Shown here: piece after piece, positions 29,142 to 39,600 of the stretch
How the letters are laid out: each line of letters starts with the position of its first letter
How positions within the stretch are numbered: the stretch's first letter is position 1
Source: Nitrosopumilus sp.
GTDB taxonomy: Archaea; Thermoproteota; Nitrososphaeria; Nitrososphaerales; Nitrosopumilaceae
Length of the DNA: 64,000 nucleotides
Direction of reading: 5' to 3'
NCBI GenBank assembly: GCA_965249555.1
Contig: OZ252243.1
Coordinates: 1,952,001-2,016,000 of the forward strand
Position numbers and translations under genes: made by a program
Notes under the pieces: model-generated
The model's database searches: none
Seen by the model: the letters and a program-made list of their open reading frames with translations, nothing else
Told to the model about the DNA's origin: nothing

Positions 29142-29732
29142 TTATTTGGAATGCAATGTATCTGGATCGTTATTTCCAGGCAAATATTTGTCTCCAAGAT
29201 TGAATTTCATTTTTTCATCAAATTCTTCTTGAAGTCTTGTAAGATAGATTTCAGCTTCTGTCTCGTCTTCTGGAATTCCTGTATCTACATCATAATTGAA
29301 ACCAGTTGCTAAATGATAAAATTCCTCAAAGAATTCTTTACAATCAATAACATCTGCCTTGGTATCTACTGACATTACCAAAAAATCATTTTCTATTCTA
29401 AAGTTGAGACAAATCTCTTCATCAATCATAGTATCTGCCAAAACTGCCATCAGATATGGCATATATTGTCCCTCTAACTTGTCTTGTCCTTTATTTGCAA
29501 TCCATAATTCATTACCGTCTGATAAATAATCAAAAGTTCTGACTATCAAATCCCTGATATCTGAATCAGGGTATGCTAGTTTTGAATTCCATGATTCTGT
29601 ACTATACTGCTCTGGCTCTACATACAATACATCAAATCTCAAATTTTCGTTTAGTTGTTCAAATTCCCATACCTGTTTGTTGGTCCATATGGGTGAAAAT
29701 TTTTCTATTAATTTTTTTGTTATTTGATTCAA
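29142..29732 (-). CDS. Acidic hypothetical protein
   Basis: 196-aa ORF. Confidence 0.75.
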   Translation of the reverse strand: MNQITKKLIEKFSPIWTNKQVWEFEQLNENLRFDVLYVEPEQYSTESWNSKLAYPDSDIRDLIVRTFDYLSDGNELWIANKGQDKLEGQYMPYLMAVLADTMIDEEICLNFRIENDFLVMSVDTKADVIDCKEFFEEFYHLATGFNYDVDTGIPEDETEAEIYLTRLQEEFDEKMKFNLGDKYLPGNNDPDTLHSK

Positions 29733-29773
29733 TAATTATTTCTTATCTACCTGTTGTTTAATCTTATCCTGAA

Positions 29774-29980
29774 TTAATTATTAATTCCTGATTTAAGAAA
29801 TTCTAGTGTACATTCTGCAAGTTCTTTGCCAGAGTGTTTTTTGATTTTATGTTTACAATTAGGACAAATGCCTTTCTCTTCTTCTGCAAATTCTTCTCCT
29901 ACTTGTTTCATGCAACACTCCATTAATTCTGTTGTTGAATGGGATTCCATTGCAAGCTTGCAAGTTGGACATTCTGTCAT
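29774..29980 (-). CDS. Small protein with two CxxC-x5-H-x7-C repeats
   Basis: CPTCKLAMESHSTTELMEC / CPNCKHKIKKHSGKELAEC. Confidence 0.8.
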   Translation of the reverse strand: MTECPTCKLAMESHSTTELMECCMKQVGEEFAEEEKGICPNCKHKIKKHSGKELAECTLEFLKSGINN

Positions 29981-30040
29981 ATTTTTCTGTATTAACTGTT
30001 AATAATATATATTTCATTTTTTAAAAATTTCAATATAAAT

Positions 30041-30286
30041 ATATCAAAATTTCAAAATAAATTACGATGTATATGTAATAATGATGTAGTTTTTGAAATA
30101 ATAGATGAGATTGGATGTGATCATGGATCTCATGTTGTAATTCAATGCCCTCATTGTGAAGAACTTTTTACAGTAGACAAAAAGTGTTCTGCGTTTCAAA
30201 ATATTTTTGAATTGTTAAAAAATAACCCTGAATTATCACCTGAACAAGAAAAATCAGATTACTTGTCAAATTCTCACTTGTTTTGA
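30041..30286 (+). CDS. Cys-rich small protein lacking a canonical start (ATA start or pseudogene)
   Basis: Open frame (I)SKFQNKLRCICNNDVVFEIIDEIGCDHGSHVVIQCPHCEELF... Confidence 0.55.
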   Translation: MSKFQNKLRCICNNDVVFEIIDEIGCDHGSHVVIQCPHCEELFTVDKKCSAFQNIFELLKNNPELSPEQEKSDYLSNSHLF

Positions 30287-30495
30287 AAATTTTGGCCACA
30301 GATGAATTGGTAACCAATGCCGTATTGAGATTACCAACATCCCTTCAACATTATGGCAATGTTTTCTCTCTAAATTAACTCTTAAAATAAAAAAAGTATG
30401 TTAAAATTGATTCAAGTAATCAAAAAATTCAATCCAGCCTAGGTTCCATCATTTTGATAGAAAGTTTTAGTTATCAATGTATTCTTGTTTGATTA

Positions 30496-31398
30496 TTGAA
30501 GGCAGTTTTTATGGCAATTCTAGTAATAGCTATAATTGGCTATATGTGGTATGCTGACCTCTTACCATTTGATTCCCCAACTACCTCAATTGGATTGTCT
30601 CCATCTGTTGAAAATATTCAACAAATTTCTAATGTAATTATCCCAAGTGACAATAAAATTATCTATTACTCCTTTGAAGATGTTCCGTCAATACCTGATA
30701 AGCAAATTCCTGTTAATGCATTAAAAAAAGCAATTGCATCCTGGGAAGCAATTAACCCTAATTTGGAATTTATCCAATCTGAAAACTCTAACATGGAGAT
30801 TCGATGGCAAGTCTATGCGTCCTCAACTCATACTGGAGTTGCAACATGTAGTTCTGTGTTATTTGGAATTCTAAGTCACTGTGTATTGGATATCTCTGTT
30901 GGTGTTGAGGATTGCAATGGTAATTTTATTCAAGACGATGAAAATATGGTGACCAATATTTTGATGCATGAGATTGGCCATGCACTTGGATTAGGACATA
31001 CTAGCGAAACTGGTCATTTGTTGTATTCTACTCAATCACCTCAAATTTCTTTTGATGCTAAAGGATATGCAATTCCTGACAGATTTGAAGAACTCTACAT
31101 TGGTCAGAAAGCCATATTGGAACAAGAAAAGGAAATTCGCGCAGAAATTGAATCACTTGATATCAAAATATCACGTGATCAATCACAATATGATGAATAT
31201 TATAAACAATATGAATACTATGAAGGAAAAACACTTCCTCCTGATGAATATCAAAAGGCACAAAAAATTCTAAGCAAGATAACTAATGAGGCTGAAAAAA
31301 TCAATGCAATGATTGATCAACAAAATCAATTAATTGATCAACTCAATGAAATCATCCTTCAATTAGGATGTAAGCCTAATTTTGACATTAAATCATAA
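30496..31398 (+). CDS. Matrixin/M10-like zinc metallopeptidase with C-terminal coiled coil
   Basis: N-terminal TM; HEIGHALGLGH. Confidence 0.9.
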   Translation: MKAVFMAILVIAIIGYMWYADLLPFDSPTTSIGLSPSVENIQQISNVIIPSDNKIIYYSFEDVPSIPDKQIPVNALKKAIASWEAINPNLEFIQSENSNMEIRWQVYASSTHTGVATCSSVLFGILSHCVLDISVGVEDCNGNFIQDDENMVTNILMHEIGHALGLGHTSETGHLLYSTQSPQISFDAKGYAIPDRFEELYIGQKAILEQEKEIRAEIESLDIKISRDQSQYDEYYKQYEYYEGKTLPPDEYQKAQKILSKITNEAEKINAMIDQQNQLIDQLNEIILQLGCKPNFDIKS

Positions 31399-31810
31399 TT
31401 ATCCAAACAACAGAATGAAACCTACAGCTAAAGCTGCTATTGAAATTCCCATTGTAACATAAAATTTCATATTCATGGAGATTGCTAAAATCTACTGAAA
31501 TTAATAGTTTAGAAATTGGAAAGCAAGCAAATCTGATATTATATTGCATCGATTCTTTGGGAATTACGTACAAATATCAAATCCGCAAACATCTTGCTTC
31601 CAATATTTCTAATTTACATCATCAAAAATTCTTAAAATAAAACATGTCTTGAAATTTGGTTAATTTGGGTTGAAAAAATTATCCTGTTTTAATTTTTCAG
31701 AAAAATCGAGCCTACATTTCATTGAAAATATTGTCTTAGGCGTGAGTGTGTGTTCAAATTGCACAAACAATTTCTTTTAGTTGAACTGGACTTACCTTAA
31801 TCGAGTCATC

Positions 31811-31877
31811 TGTTTGACGGCGTACCTACGTTTGCCTTAACAGACCATACCCTAGAATTCATTATAGCCGTCAAACA
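31811..31877. ncRNA. Candidate structured RNA closed by a perfect 11-bp stem
   Basis: TGTTTGACGGC (31811-31821) / GCCGTCAAACA (31867-31877) in an ORF-free interval. Confidence 0.4.
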
Positions 31878-31928
31878 TCTTTTATTATAACAAAAAATTT
31901 TTCAATTCCTATATCTATTAAAAATCAT

Positions 31929-32132
31929 ATGATAATAGTATGTAAAGGAATTCAAAAGAACCATCGATTAGAAAAATGCCCATTTCTTTATGATGGTAAT
32001 TGGGAAGATGTAGAACTAATTGAACACCAAAAATATCACAAATCACTAGAAAATGAAAACTGTTCTTGGCTAGGTTTTGCTGTATCACAATCTTCTGGCA
32101 AGTTTAGTGGTCGTGATGGAAAAAGAACTTAA
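31929..32132 (+). CDS. Small Cys/His protein
   Basis: CKG...H...CPF...HQKYH. Confidence 0.7.
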   Translation: MIIVCKGIQKNHRLEKCPFLYDGNWEDVELIEHQKYHKSLENENCSWLGFAVSQSSGKFSGRDGKRT

Positions 32133-32305
32133 TTGCGATCAAATCATGCTTAATTTTTTACTAGTTTTGTAACCTGTTTTATTGAATATATTGGGAGAAA
32201 ATATGTGCTAAAAATGTGCATATACGAAGACTTGAGATTTAATGTACATATAACACCCAATTGAAAATCTCAATAATTTTATTCTCATGATAAACATGTA
32301 GAATC

Positions 32306-32842
32306 ATGAGTAAAGATAATACTCTGGTTTGGTCAAATGACTCTTTTCTGAGATGGTCAGATTTTAACGCAGAATCCAATACTGCAGTATTTGAGGACTC
32401 TCATAGTGTTATCAAATATCGTTATACATGGACAGTAAATTCTGATGAAATAGAACATCAAATTATATTTTTTATTGAGAATATCCAACTTTCTGTTGAA
32501 TTCCATCATGTCTTATCTTGGGTTAGATTATCACAAGCTACTGATGCTTTACTAAAACATGAACAAGGACATTTTGATCTGGCCGAATTGATAAAACGTG
32601 AAAATCTTGAAAAATTAAAAAACAAATTTTATGAGAAACAATTTCCTACAAGAGGTAAAAATAAAGACCAAAGAAAACAGTTAGCAAAAGAAGATTCTGG
32701 TAAAATGATTGCAGCTGAAGTTGAACGACTTGAAGTTATTTTATCTCAAAGACGTCATGAATATGACGAACAAACAAATTTTGGTCAAAATTTAGGAAAA
32801 CAATCCGAGTATAACTCTATATTTGATAAATTGAGATTATAG
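32306..32842 (+). CDS. DUF922-like putative zinc protease
   Basis: LRWSDF, SWV, LLKHEQGHFDLAEL, YDEQTNFG. Confidence 0.8.
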   Translation: MSKDNTLVWSNDSFLRWSDFNAESNTAVFEDSHSVIKYRYTWTVNSDEIEHQIIFFIENIQLSVEFHHVLSWVRLSQATDALLKHEQGHFDLAELIKRENLEKLKNKFYEKQFPTRGKNKDQRKQLAKEDSGKMIAAEVERLEVILSQRRHEYDEQTNFGQNLGKQSEYNSIFDKLRL

Positions 32843-32860
32843 TTTTTCATATAGTGTAGA

Positions 32861-33121
32861 TTATCTTCCAATAATTTTATTTTCTGGAATTGAATTAATG
32901 TAATTTACTAGACTTCTATAATATTTTAAATGAAAATCTAAATCTCTAATTTCTGTTTGTTTTAACTCTTCAAGCTCTGGGCCAAAATCTCTTTTGTTTG
33001 TTTGAATGTGATTTAGTGTGTCTTCATTTATCTCAATCATATGAAAAAGACTGTGAAGTACTTCTCCTTTTGTGAGTGTTTTATCACATGATTTTTTTAG
33101 TAATGTCTCAACCCAATCCAT
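32861..33121 (-). CDS. Hypothetical protein
   Basis: 86-aa helical ORF. Confidence 0.7.
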   Translation of the reverse strand: MDWVETLLKKSCDKTLTKGEVLHSLFHMIEINEDTLNHIQTNKRDFGPELEELKQTEIRDLDFHLKYYRSLVNYINSIPENKIIGR

Positions 33122-33226
33122 ATTAATTTAGGACAAAATTGTTATATCCACTTCTAAATGTGAAATTTTCGACCTTTACTCTAATTTTCTTTAGTATTTT
33201 TAATTGATAATAATTTTACAGAATAA

Positions 33227-33358
33227 TCAATTCTCTTTTTCTTTCTTTTTTCTTTCTGTTATTTCCTTGTTTCTTTCCATATCTGAATGGACTTCAACGT
33301 GCTCAAAGAGTTGTTCTTTTGTATCAAACATTTGTTCACAATAGTAGCATTGATGCAT
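33227..33358 (-). CDS. 43-aa classical C2H2 zinc-finger microprotein
   Basis: MHQCYYCEQMFDTKEQLFEHVEVH... Confidence 0.8.
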   Translation of the reverse strand: MHQCYYCEQMFDTKEQLFEHVEVHSDMERNKEITERKKKEKEN

Positions 33359-33481
33359 TGCGTAATTACGTTAATCTTGAATTAATTGTTTTCTGCCTCA
33401 AATTCACGGTTTCTTCCTGAAAATTGGTTTTTGAGGAATTTTTGTGTTTTTTAGTATATTTCAAATTAAGTGATGAATATT

Positions 33482-33799
33482 TCAGAGTGTCTCTAATTCA
33501 ATTTCAGAGTTACATGTTGGCAATTTGCCTGATTCATTTTTGAATTCTTCAATTAATTGTAGTTGACGCTCCTTTGGGTTTTCTGTAAATTCTCTTTGAT
33601 AGAATTGAGTTTTTTGTTTACATTCATTTTCTTCAAAATCATTATCAACATATTTTGTAAATGTCTTTTCTAGATTTTTTGTCTCTCCAATGAATATTGC
33701 CTCTTTGCTTCTATTATAGAATACATATACTCCTGGAACCGGCTTTACAAATTTGGCGCTATCAATCCAAACCCTCATTTTATCATCAAGTAATTCCAT
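33482..33799 (-). CDS. GIY-YIG-like small protein
   Basis: PGVYVFY...IFIGETKNL...GKLPTCN. Confidence 0.75.
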   Translation of the reverse strand: MELLDDKMRVWIDSAKFVKPVPGVYVFYNRSKEAIFIGETKNLEKTFTKYVDNDFEENECKQKTQFYQREFTENPKERQLQLIEEFKNESGKLPTCNSEIELETL

Positions 33800-33898
33800 G
33801 ATCTGATATCATTTCACTACATATTAAACTAAATTATGAAAATTTTGAAATTACAATAACCTTCATGCTTTTAATATTAAGGAAATAGAGGAATAACC

Positions 33899-35578
33899 CT
33901 GTCCCTTTTAGAAAAATTTCCTGAGCACTATACTCCACGTGAAATCCAGAAAGAAATTCTAGCTGAAATTGAAGAAAAATTCAAATCTGGATATAAAAAA
34001 ATTATTTTATGTGCTCCAACTGGAGTTGGAAAATCTCTTGTTGGTGCAACTGTTTCAAGTTATTTTGATAGCTCCTTTACTGTAACTGCGTCAAAACATC
34101 TTCAGGATCAATATATCAAAGATATTCCATTTCTAAAACCAGTTAAAGGTAAACAGAATTTTCCCTGTCTAAAATTGATGTCTTCTGAGAAAGTTGATAA
34201 TGAAAGAAGAGCCATGAGGTGGGGTCTGACATGCGATAAAGGACAATGTCAAGAACGAGTAAGCAAAAATGGTAAAGAAGTCGTAGAGGTTTGTAAATTC
34301 AAGCCTACAATTAAACAAGTTAAAGACAACACTCAGGATTCACAGTCTTGCCATTATTATTTGCAAAAATATGATGCTCTTGTGTCGAAACATTCTCTGT
34401 GGAACTATCATGCATTTTTTCAAATTATGAAATTCAACAAGAAACTCTTTGCAGATTATCTTGATAGAAAAGTGTCTGTCTTTGATGAAGCGCATAAAAT
34501 TGAAGATCAAATAATACAATTTATCGGATTTGATATTTTTAGCGGACAAGTAGATGAATGTAATCTTAATTCTGACAAATATGATTTCACAGATTTAGAT
34601 TCCATGATTCAATTAACTGATGATATTGCTTATTCCTATGCAAAAAAAATTAAGGACATTAAGGAAAGTCCTGCGTTTGAAAGTAACCCTGATTATGAAT
34701 TAATTACAAGATTGGAGAGACGTTTTGATAAGGCTGCCCAAGCAAAAATTGACATCATGTCTGATAAAGACAATTTTGTGGTAAATGATCCTTTAAAAGA
34801 TTTGAATGGAAATTTTAGAACTATTTCTGTAAAGCCTATTGATGTTTCAAAATTTGCAAACACTTTCTTTGAAACTGAATATCAAATTTTTATGTCTGCT
34901 ACAATTGACAAATCAAGTTTTTGTGAAAATATGGGATTAGAAAAAGATGCTGTTGCATTTGTAGATAGCCAAAAATCCCCATTTCCAATTGAGCATAGAA
35001 CAATTGATCTTCTTAATATCAGGCGACTCAGCTATGGCTCTACTGAAGAAGATGAAGTTGAAGTAATCAAAACAATTGATAGAATTTTAGATGAGCATGC
35101 AAATGACAGGGGCTTGATATTGACATCCTCTATTCCAAGATGTCAAAAAATCATTCGATACCTTTCCCCAAAAAATACTAGAAGGATTAGAATTTGTCAT
35201 AGTAGGAACAAAGATGGAAAAACACAGGATGAAGTAATTTCAGAGCATGCAAATGATCCGACCGGTGTATTGCTATCTTCTTCACTTTGGGAAGGTGTTG
35301 ACCTAAAAGATGACTTGTCTAGATTTCAAATTATTGCAAAGGTTCCTTATCCTAATTATAAAGAAAAAAGAACCAAGGCAAAGATGAACAAATTCCCCTT
35401 ATGGTATACATCTCAAACCCTAACTAAATTACTACAGGGATTTGGTCGCTCAATTAGAAGCGAAGATGATTGGGCAAAGACTTACGTTCTTGATACTGCA
35501 GTGAACAATGTATTTTTCAAGGCTCAATCAATGATTCCAAAGGCATACTATGACGTTTTAGGAATAGAAGATCAATAG
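33899..35578 (+). CDS. DinG/XPD (Rad3)-family ATP-dependent helicase; extends 5' of the listed ORF
   Basis: Frame open from CTG 33899 includes PREIQ and APTGVGKS (Walker A); then DEAH, MSAT, WEGVD, QGFGRSIRSEDD. Confidence 0.9.
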   Translation: MSLLEKFPEHYTPREIQKEILAEIEEKFKSGYKKIILCAPTGVGKSLVGATVSSYFDSSFTVTASKHLQDQYIKDIPFLKPVKGKQNFPCLKLMSSEKVDNERRAMRWGLTCDKGQCQERVSKNGKEVVEVCKFKPTIKQVKDNTQDSQSCHYYLQKYDALVSKHSLWNYHAFFQIMKFNKKLFADYLDRKVSVFDEAHKIEDQIIQFIGFDIFSGQVDECNLNSDKYDFTDLDSMIQLTDDIAYSYAKKIKDIKESPAFESNPDYELITRLERRFDKAAQAKIDIMSDKDNFVVNDPLKDLNGNFRTISVKPIDVSKFANTFFETEYQIFMSATIDKSSFCENMGLEKDAVAFVDSQKSPFPIEHRTIDLLNIRRLSYGSTEEDEVEVIKTIDRILDEHANDRGLILTSSIPRCQKIIRYLSPKNTRRIRICHSRNKDGKTQDEVISEHANDPTGVLLSSSLWEGVDLKDDLSRFQIIAKVPYPNYKEKRTKAKMNKFPLWYTSQTLTKLLQGFGRSIRSEDDWAKTYVLDTAVNNVFFKAQSMIPKAYYDVLGIEDQ

Positions 35579-35629
35579 TGATTATAAAATTAAAGAAGAA
35601 TTATGCGTATGTTGATTTACAGTAAGACA

Positions 35630-36247
35630 TTACTGAATAGTACCATTGATAACACAAAACTCCATATTCCAAAAGGTATACTGTACCCTAGTCTTGCTTC
35701 TTGCAACCCACATCCATCCATTCTTTCCATCAATTGAAAATCCTGTCTTATCGATTCCAAGAATCTTTTCAGTCACGATTTCACTGTGGATGTCATTGTA
35801 AAATGGCTCTAACATCACACTACCGAGGCGAAGAATGGCTTGTATGGTTGTATTGCTGACTTTTAATCCATATCTTTCATAGAGTGTGGTTCTGATGGTA
35901 TCGTATGGCATTCTCTTTGAGAACAGTGAGACGACCTCACGTATCACTGAACCATCAAAACATCCATGTGGTGGAAGGTTTCCTGTGGTTTGAAAATTAT
36001 CAGAACAGTTCATGCAGATGTATTGATACATGACATGCTCAGTTATACCGTAGGGTGTTGGTGGGGGAATCTTGACCATTATCCTTTTGCAGGTTTTGGT
36101 TTGATGAATATTTTCACTACTGCATTTAGGACATGCATCTGATCTGTGGTGTTTGGTGCTAGTTGGTCTGAATTTCTGTGTCTTGCCCCAGTGTCCTGCT
36201 ATTCTACCACGTCTTGATCTGCCTGGCTGCCTTTTTTGCTTTTTCAT
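35630..36247 (-). mobile_element. IS66-family transposase remnant
   Basis: GHWG, CPKC...CMNC zinc finger, RMPY, IDKTG (degenerate DETG), GWMWV; rest of the DDE domain absent; higher GC than flanks. Confidence 0.8.
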
Positions 36248-36432
36248 TCAATGGAATTTTTTGATGGCGAAGAGTGCGATACATGCGTATAATGTATACC
36301 CTAGCTCAATGACAAAGTGGGCCATTGTAAAGAATAGTTGGAATAATAAAAGGTAAGAATACTAAAACAGGAATGATTATTGTTTTAATTATTTTTTCAT
36401 GATTAATTCCTATTTCTTTTTTAAAAAAAAGA

Positions 36433-36663
36433 TTAGGGGATTGGATCATCTGTCACATTAAAAGAACTTAATATTTTGTCTTTACTAAATTTTCCATAAA
36501 TATCCACACCAGTCATTTCTAAAGGATCGTTTACATCATATGGTATACTAGTATTTTTTTTTGTAATTTCATGTTCATATTGTATTTGGTATATTCCAAG
36601 TAATAATATTATAAAAATTACACATATAGTTAAAAATATAATATATTTTTTGTTATTATTCAA
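36433..36663 (-). CDS. Membrane-anchored hypothetical protein (possibly truncated)
   Basis: N-terminal TM; overlaps the stop of the upstream protease gene. Confidence 0.5.
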   Translation of the reverse strand: MNNNKKYIIFLTICVIFIILLLGIYQIQYEHEITKKNTSIPYDVNDPLEMTGVDIYGKFSKDKILSSFNVTDDPIP

Positions 36664-38345
36664 TACCTAACCCGCTTACAACATAATCCCAATTTGAAAA
36701 TATATTATATCTTTTGAATTCCGTACAGTTTTGAGGATTATTAATAAAAATAGGTAATGGTTCTGTATCATCAAAGTTTGTAGAACATAATTTACCAACA
36801 TGTATACCATATAGATGTGTAGTGCCATCATCATTATATTGAATTATTGGTGCGCCACTATCACCAAAAATAGAGTCATAATCAGCAAGTGATTGATGTG
36901 TTAACATTTGTTTACTATCTCTAACTGTGACATCGTTATAACGCACAATACCATCTGAATTTGTATTAGCGCCAAGTATACTAATAGTGCTACCTATATC
37001 AGGTAACCCACCCTTACTACTAATATTAATTACAATATCATCATCTGTTTTTACTTGGTTTTCAGGTGATGTAATAGTATCAATTAATGGAATAAATCTA
37101 GCATCGAAACTTGATGTTTGATATGTATTCAAATATGTATGTGCAATAAAATGATTATTAACATAAGATGGCGTCGTATCATCTCCAACAAATGATAACA
37201 ATACAGAGGTTGTACTTTGCCCATCTAACGTGATATATTCATTAGGAATAGCATAAGCGCTTGAAGATAATTCAGGCGTCATAGCATGCCCAGATACAAT
37301 TAATCCATGTAATAATCCAGAAGGAGTGTTAAGAGATGCACCAATTGTAGCCGTGCTTAAAGTCGTATCGGCATAACTACCAGTACTATTAGTTTGGATA
37401 AAATGTAATCCAATATCACTACCACCATAAACTACACCATTTCCGATTGGATAATTATTATCTCTAAACAAACAGAGTAAACCATTTTCTCTAAGATCAT
37501 CAGATGTGGAATCCCCACATGTTGGTTCAGGATCTGGAGTTACTACCTCAAATCTTACAATAACATAAAATCTATCATAAGCAGGATTTCCAGCCGAATC
37601 ACTAGCACTACAAGTTACAGTTGTAGTTCCAACATTAAAGTTTGATCCACTTGCAGGAGTGCATGATACAGGCAATCCATAATCCGTTTCATCATATGCT
37701 GAAACTGAAAAAGTCACAGATGTACCACTAGTACTTGTTGCATCAACTGTGATATCATCAGGCACTGAAATTACAGGTGCAGTTCTATCAATTACAGGAC
37801 ACAAAACAGCGTTGCTTCTGAAATATTCAGTATAAACATATGTTTCATTATATTGAGCTTTTATCACAAATTCATAAGTAGATCCTCCAGTTGGATTTGC
37901 TAAGGTAAAACTAGTACCAGAATACACAGAGCCTTGATAACTTATAGAACCTCCATTCTCACTAGCGTACACTTTGTAACGCCTGATATCATCACATTCT
38001 TCCCACTCTGCAAGAATAGTACGATCACTTTGTAGTTCTGCAGATATTACTAGTGTACATTCCGATACGCCTCCTTCTCCACGAATTAATACATTATCAA
38101 TACCAACATCTTCGACACTTGAACTCTGCTCTGTTACAAATCTAACATTAAAACCACTTTGAAGATAACGTGATAAATCAACTATTTCATGATGCCATCT
38201 GTCGTCATCTCCAGCACCATGAGTCCATCTAAAAACTTCGGTGTGTCTTCCATTATTTCCTATCTCAACTGCCAAATACTCTCCTCTATCAAGTGAATTA
38301 TCAACAAATCTGTCAAACTCTAATGTTGCACTAGAGTATGAAACT
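36656..38345 (-). pseudogene. 5'-truncated surface protein: FN3-like + HYR + trypsin-like serine protease domains
   Basis: DRTAPVISVPDDITV...VTCSASDSAGN (HYR); SGHA, DA, GDSGAP triad motifs; frame open upstream to about 38345 with no signal peptide. Confidence 0.7.
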
Positions 38346-38590
38346 GTTTAGTTTTAGAAATTTTCATAAAGAGAGAGATTTAATTTATCTCCACACTTCT
38401 ATAGGTCATTGTACCTGCCTTGACATCATCATCATATTTTTTACATTTGGCAAGGTCCTCATCATTCCAATCCGGTGTGTCTTCTTTTGTCATACTCTAA
38501 TTAACATTGAACTAGTTGTTAAATATTTTTTGATTTGGTTCTGGCAAGTTATAGGGACCCAGACTAGACCTGAAATATGGATCCATAGAA

Positions 38591-38935
38591 TCATTTATTA
38601 TTTTTAACAAGATCATAATACGTTCTAAAACCATTATACACATGAAACTTGCAAAGTCTGCCTGCCCTCTCTCCCAATACTAAACTCAGAGATCTGTCAA
38701 AATGAATACATTCGTCAATATGGCATCCGCATCTTTTATTTCTGTTAAAATAATCCCTAAAATTATCAAAATCATTTTCCAGGTTTTCAGCTTCTTGTAG
38801 CCATTTTTTGTGCATCAGTTCTGTCTCCATACTATCAATAGGTGTAAAGTTTAGGGGCCTGGCATTATTTTCTCCCAATCTTACCCCGGATAAACCGGTA
38901 CATCTTCTCTGCTGATTTTTTTGGTATTGCATCAA
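38591..38935 (-). CDS. Hypothetical Cys-containing protein (start uncertain)
   Basis: RCGC...C...LCKFH. Confidence 0.4.
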   Translation of the reverse strand: MMQYQKNQQRRCTGLSGVRLGENNARPLNFTPIDSMETELMHKKWLQEAENLENDFDNFRDYFNRNKRCGCHIDECIHFDRSLSLVLGERAGRLCKFHVYNGFRTYYDLVKNNK

Positions 38936-39266
38936 TTGTACCGTTTGTGTTTCTTCCCCAGAAGATGTGGTTCCTCTCGCTCTTTGACATTTCCGTCATT
39001 CCCCTCACAAAGAAGACCAGCGATGATGAGAACAGTCCCTTCTCCAGTCTGATGTTTGTGATGGTATTGTAATAGTACTCTTCAATGTTTTCCCCAAAGC
39101 CCAGCCGTATCAGGTTTCGGATAATTACCCTCTTTTCTGTAAGATATACGGTGTTTGGGTTGATTAGTGCCGCACCACCGGGCAGTACCCTTGACTGTCT
39201 TGCAGACATTATTACAGTCTCATCAGAATCCAGCCGGTCTCTGATCTTTTCTACCTCTGAGCTCAT
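38865..39266 (-). CDS. Bacterial-type PH domain protein
   Basis: ARQSR...PNTVYLTEKRVII...ITNIRLEKGLFSS. Confidence 0.75.
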   Translation of the reverse strand: MSSEVEKIRDRLDSDETVIMSARQSRVLPGGAALINPNTVYLTEKRVIIRNLIRLGFGENIEEYYYNTITNIRLEKGLFSSSLVFFVRGMTEMSKSERNHIFWGRNTNGTIDAIPKKSAEKMYRFIRGKIGRK

Positions 39267-39308
39267 GATGTACCCTGTATGTTTTGCATAAAAGGTATGT
39301 CTTGCAGT

Positions 39309-39461
39309 TTAGGGCAGCACACCAGATATGAGATCCTGGATTATCTTCGATACCCCAAGCAGCGCATCATGTAACATGTCATATGATATGGCAAATACTC
39401 CCGTATACCACAGGACTATCACTATACCAAGAAACACACAGAGCTTGAGAATCCCCCACAT
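39309..39461 (-). CDS. 50-aa membrane peptide
   Basis: MWGILKLCVFLGIVIVLWYTGVFAISY... Confidence 0.45.
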   Translation of the reverse strand: MWGILKLCVFLGIVIVLWYTGVFAISYDMLHDALLGVSKIIQDLISGVLP

Positions 39462-39600
39462 GGATACATACTAATATTTGACAAAAACTAATTATGGTTA
39501 TGGATAAATCAAAAAAAGGTAATCTAAAAGAAACTTTTGCATGCACATTCCCTTATACTGCAACTAAAGACTCTAAACCTAGAATTGATATTAAATATTC

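Noticed and set aside
35621-35644. CTGAATAGTAC as an IS66 terminal inverted repeat
   Set aside because: No matching partner at the other end, and the orientation does not fit the minus-strand transposase.
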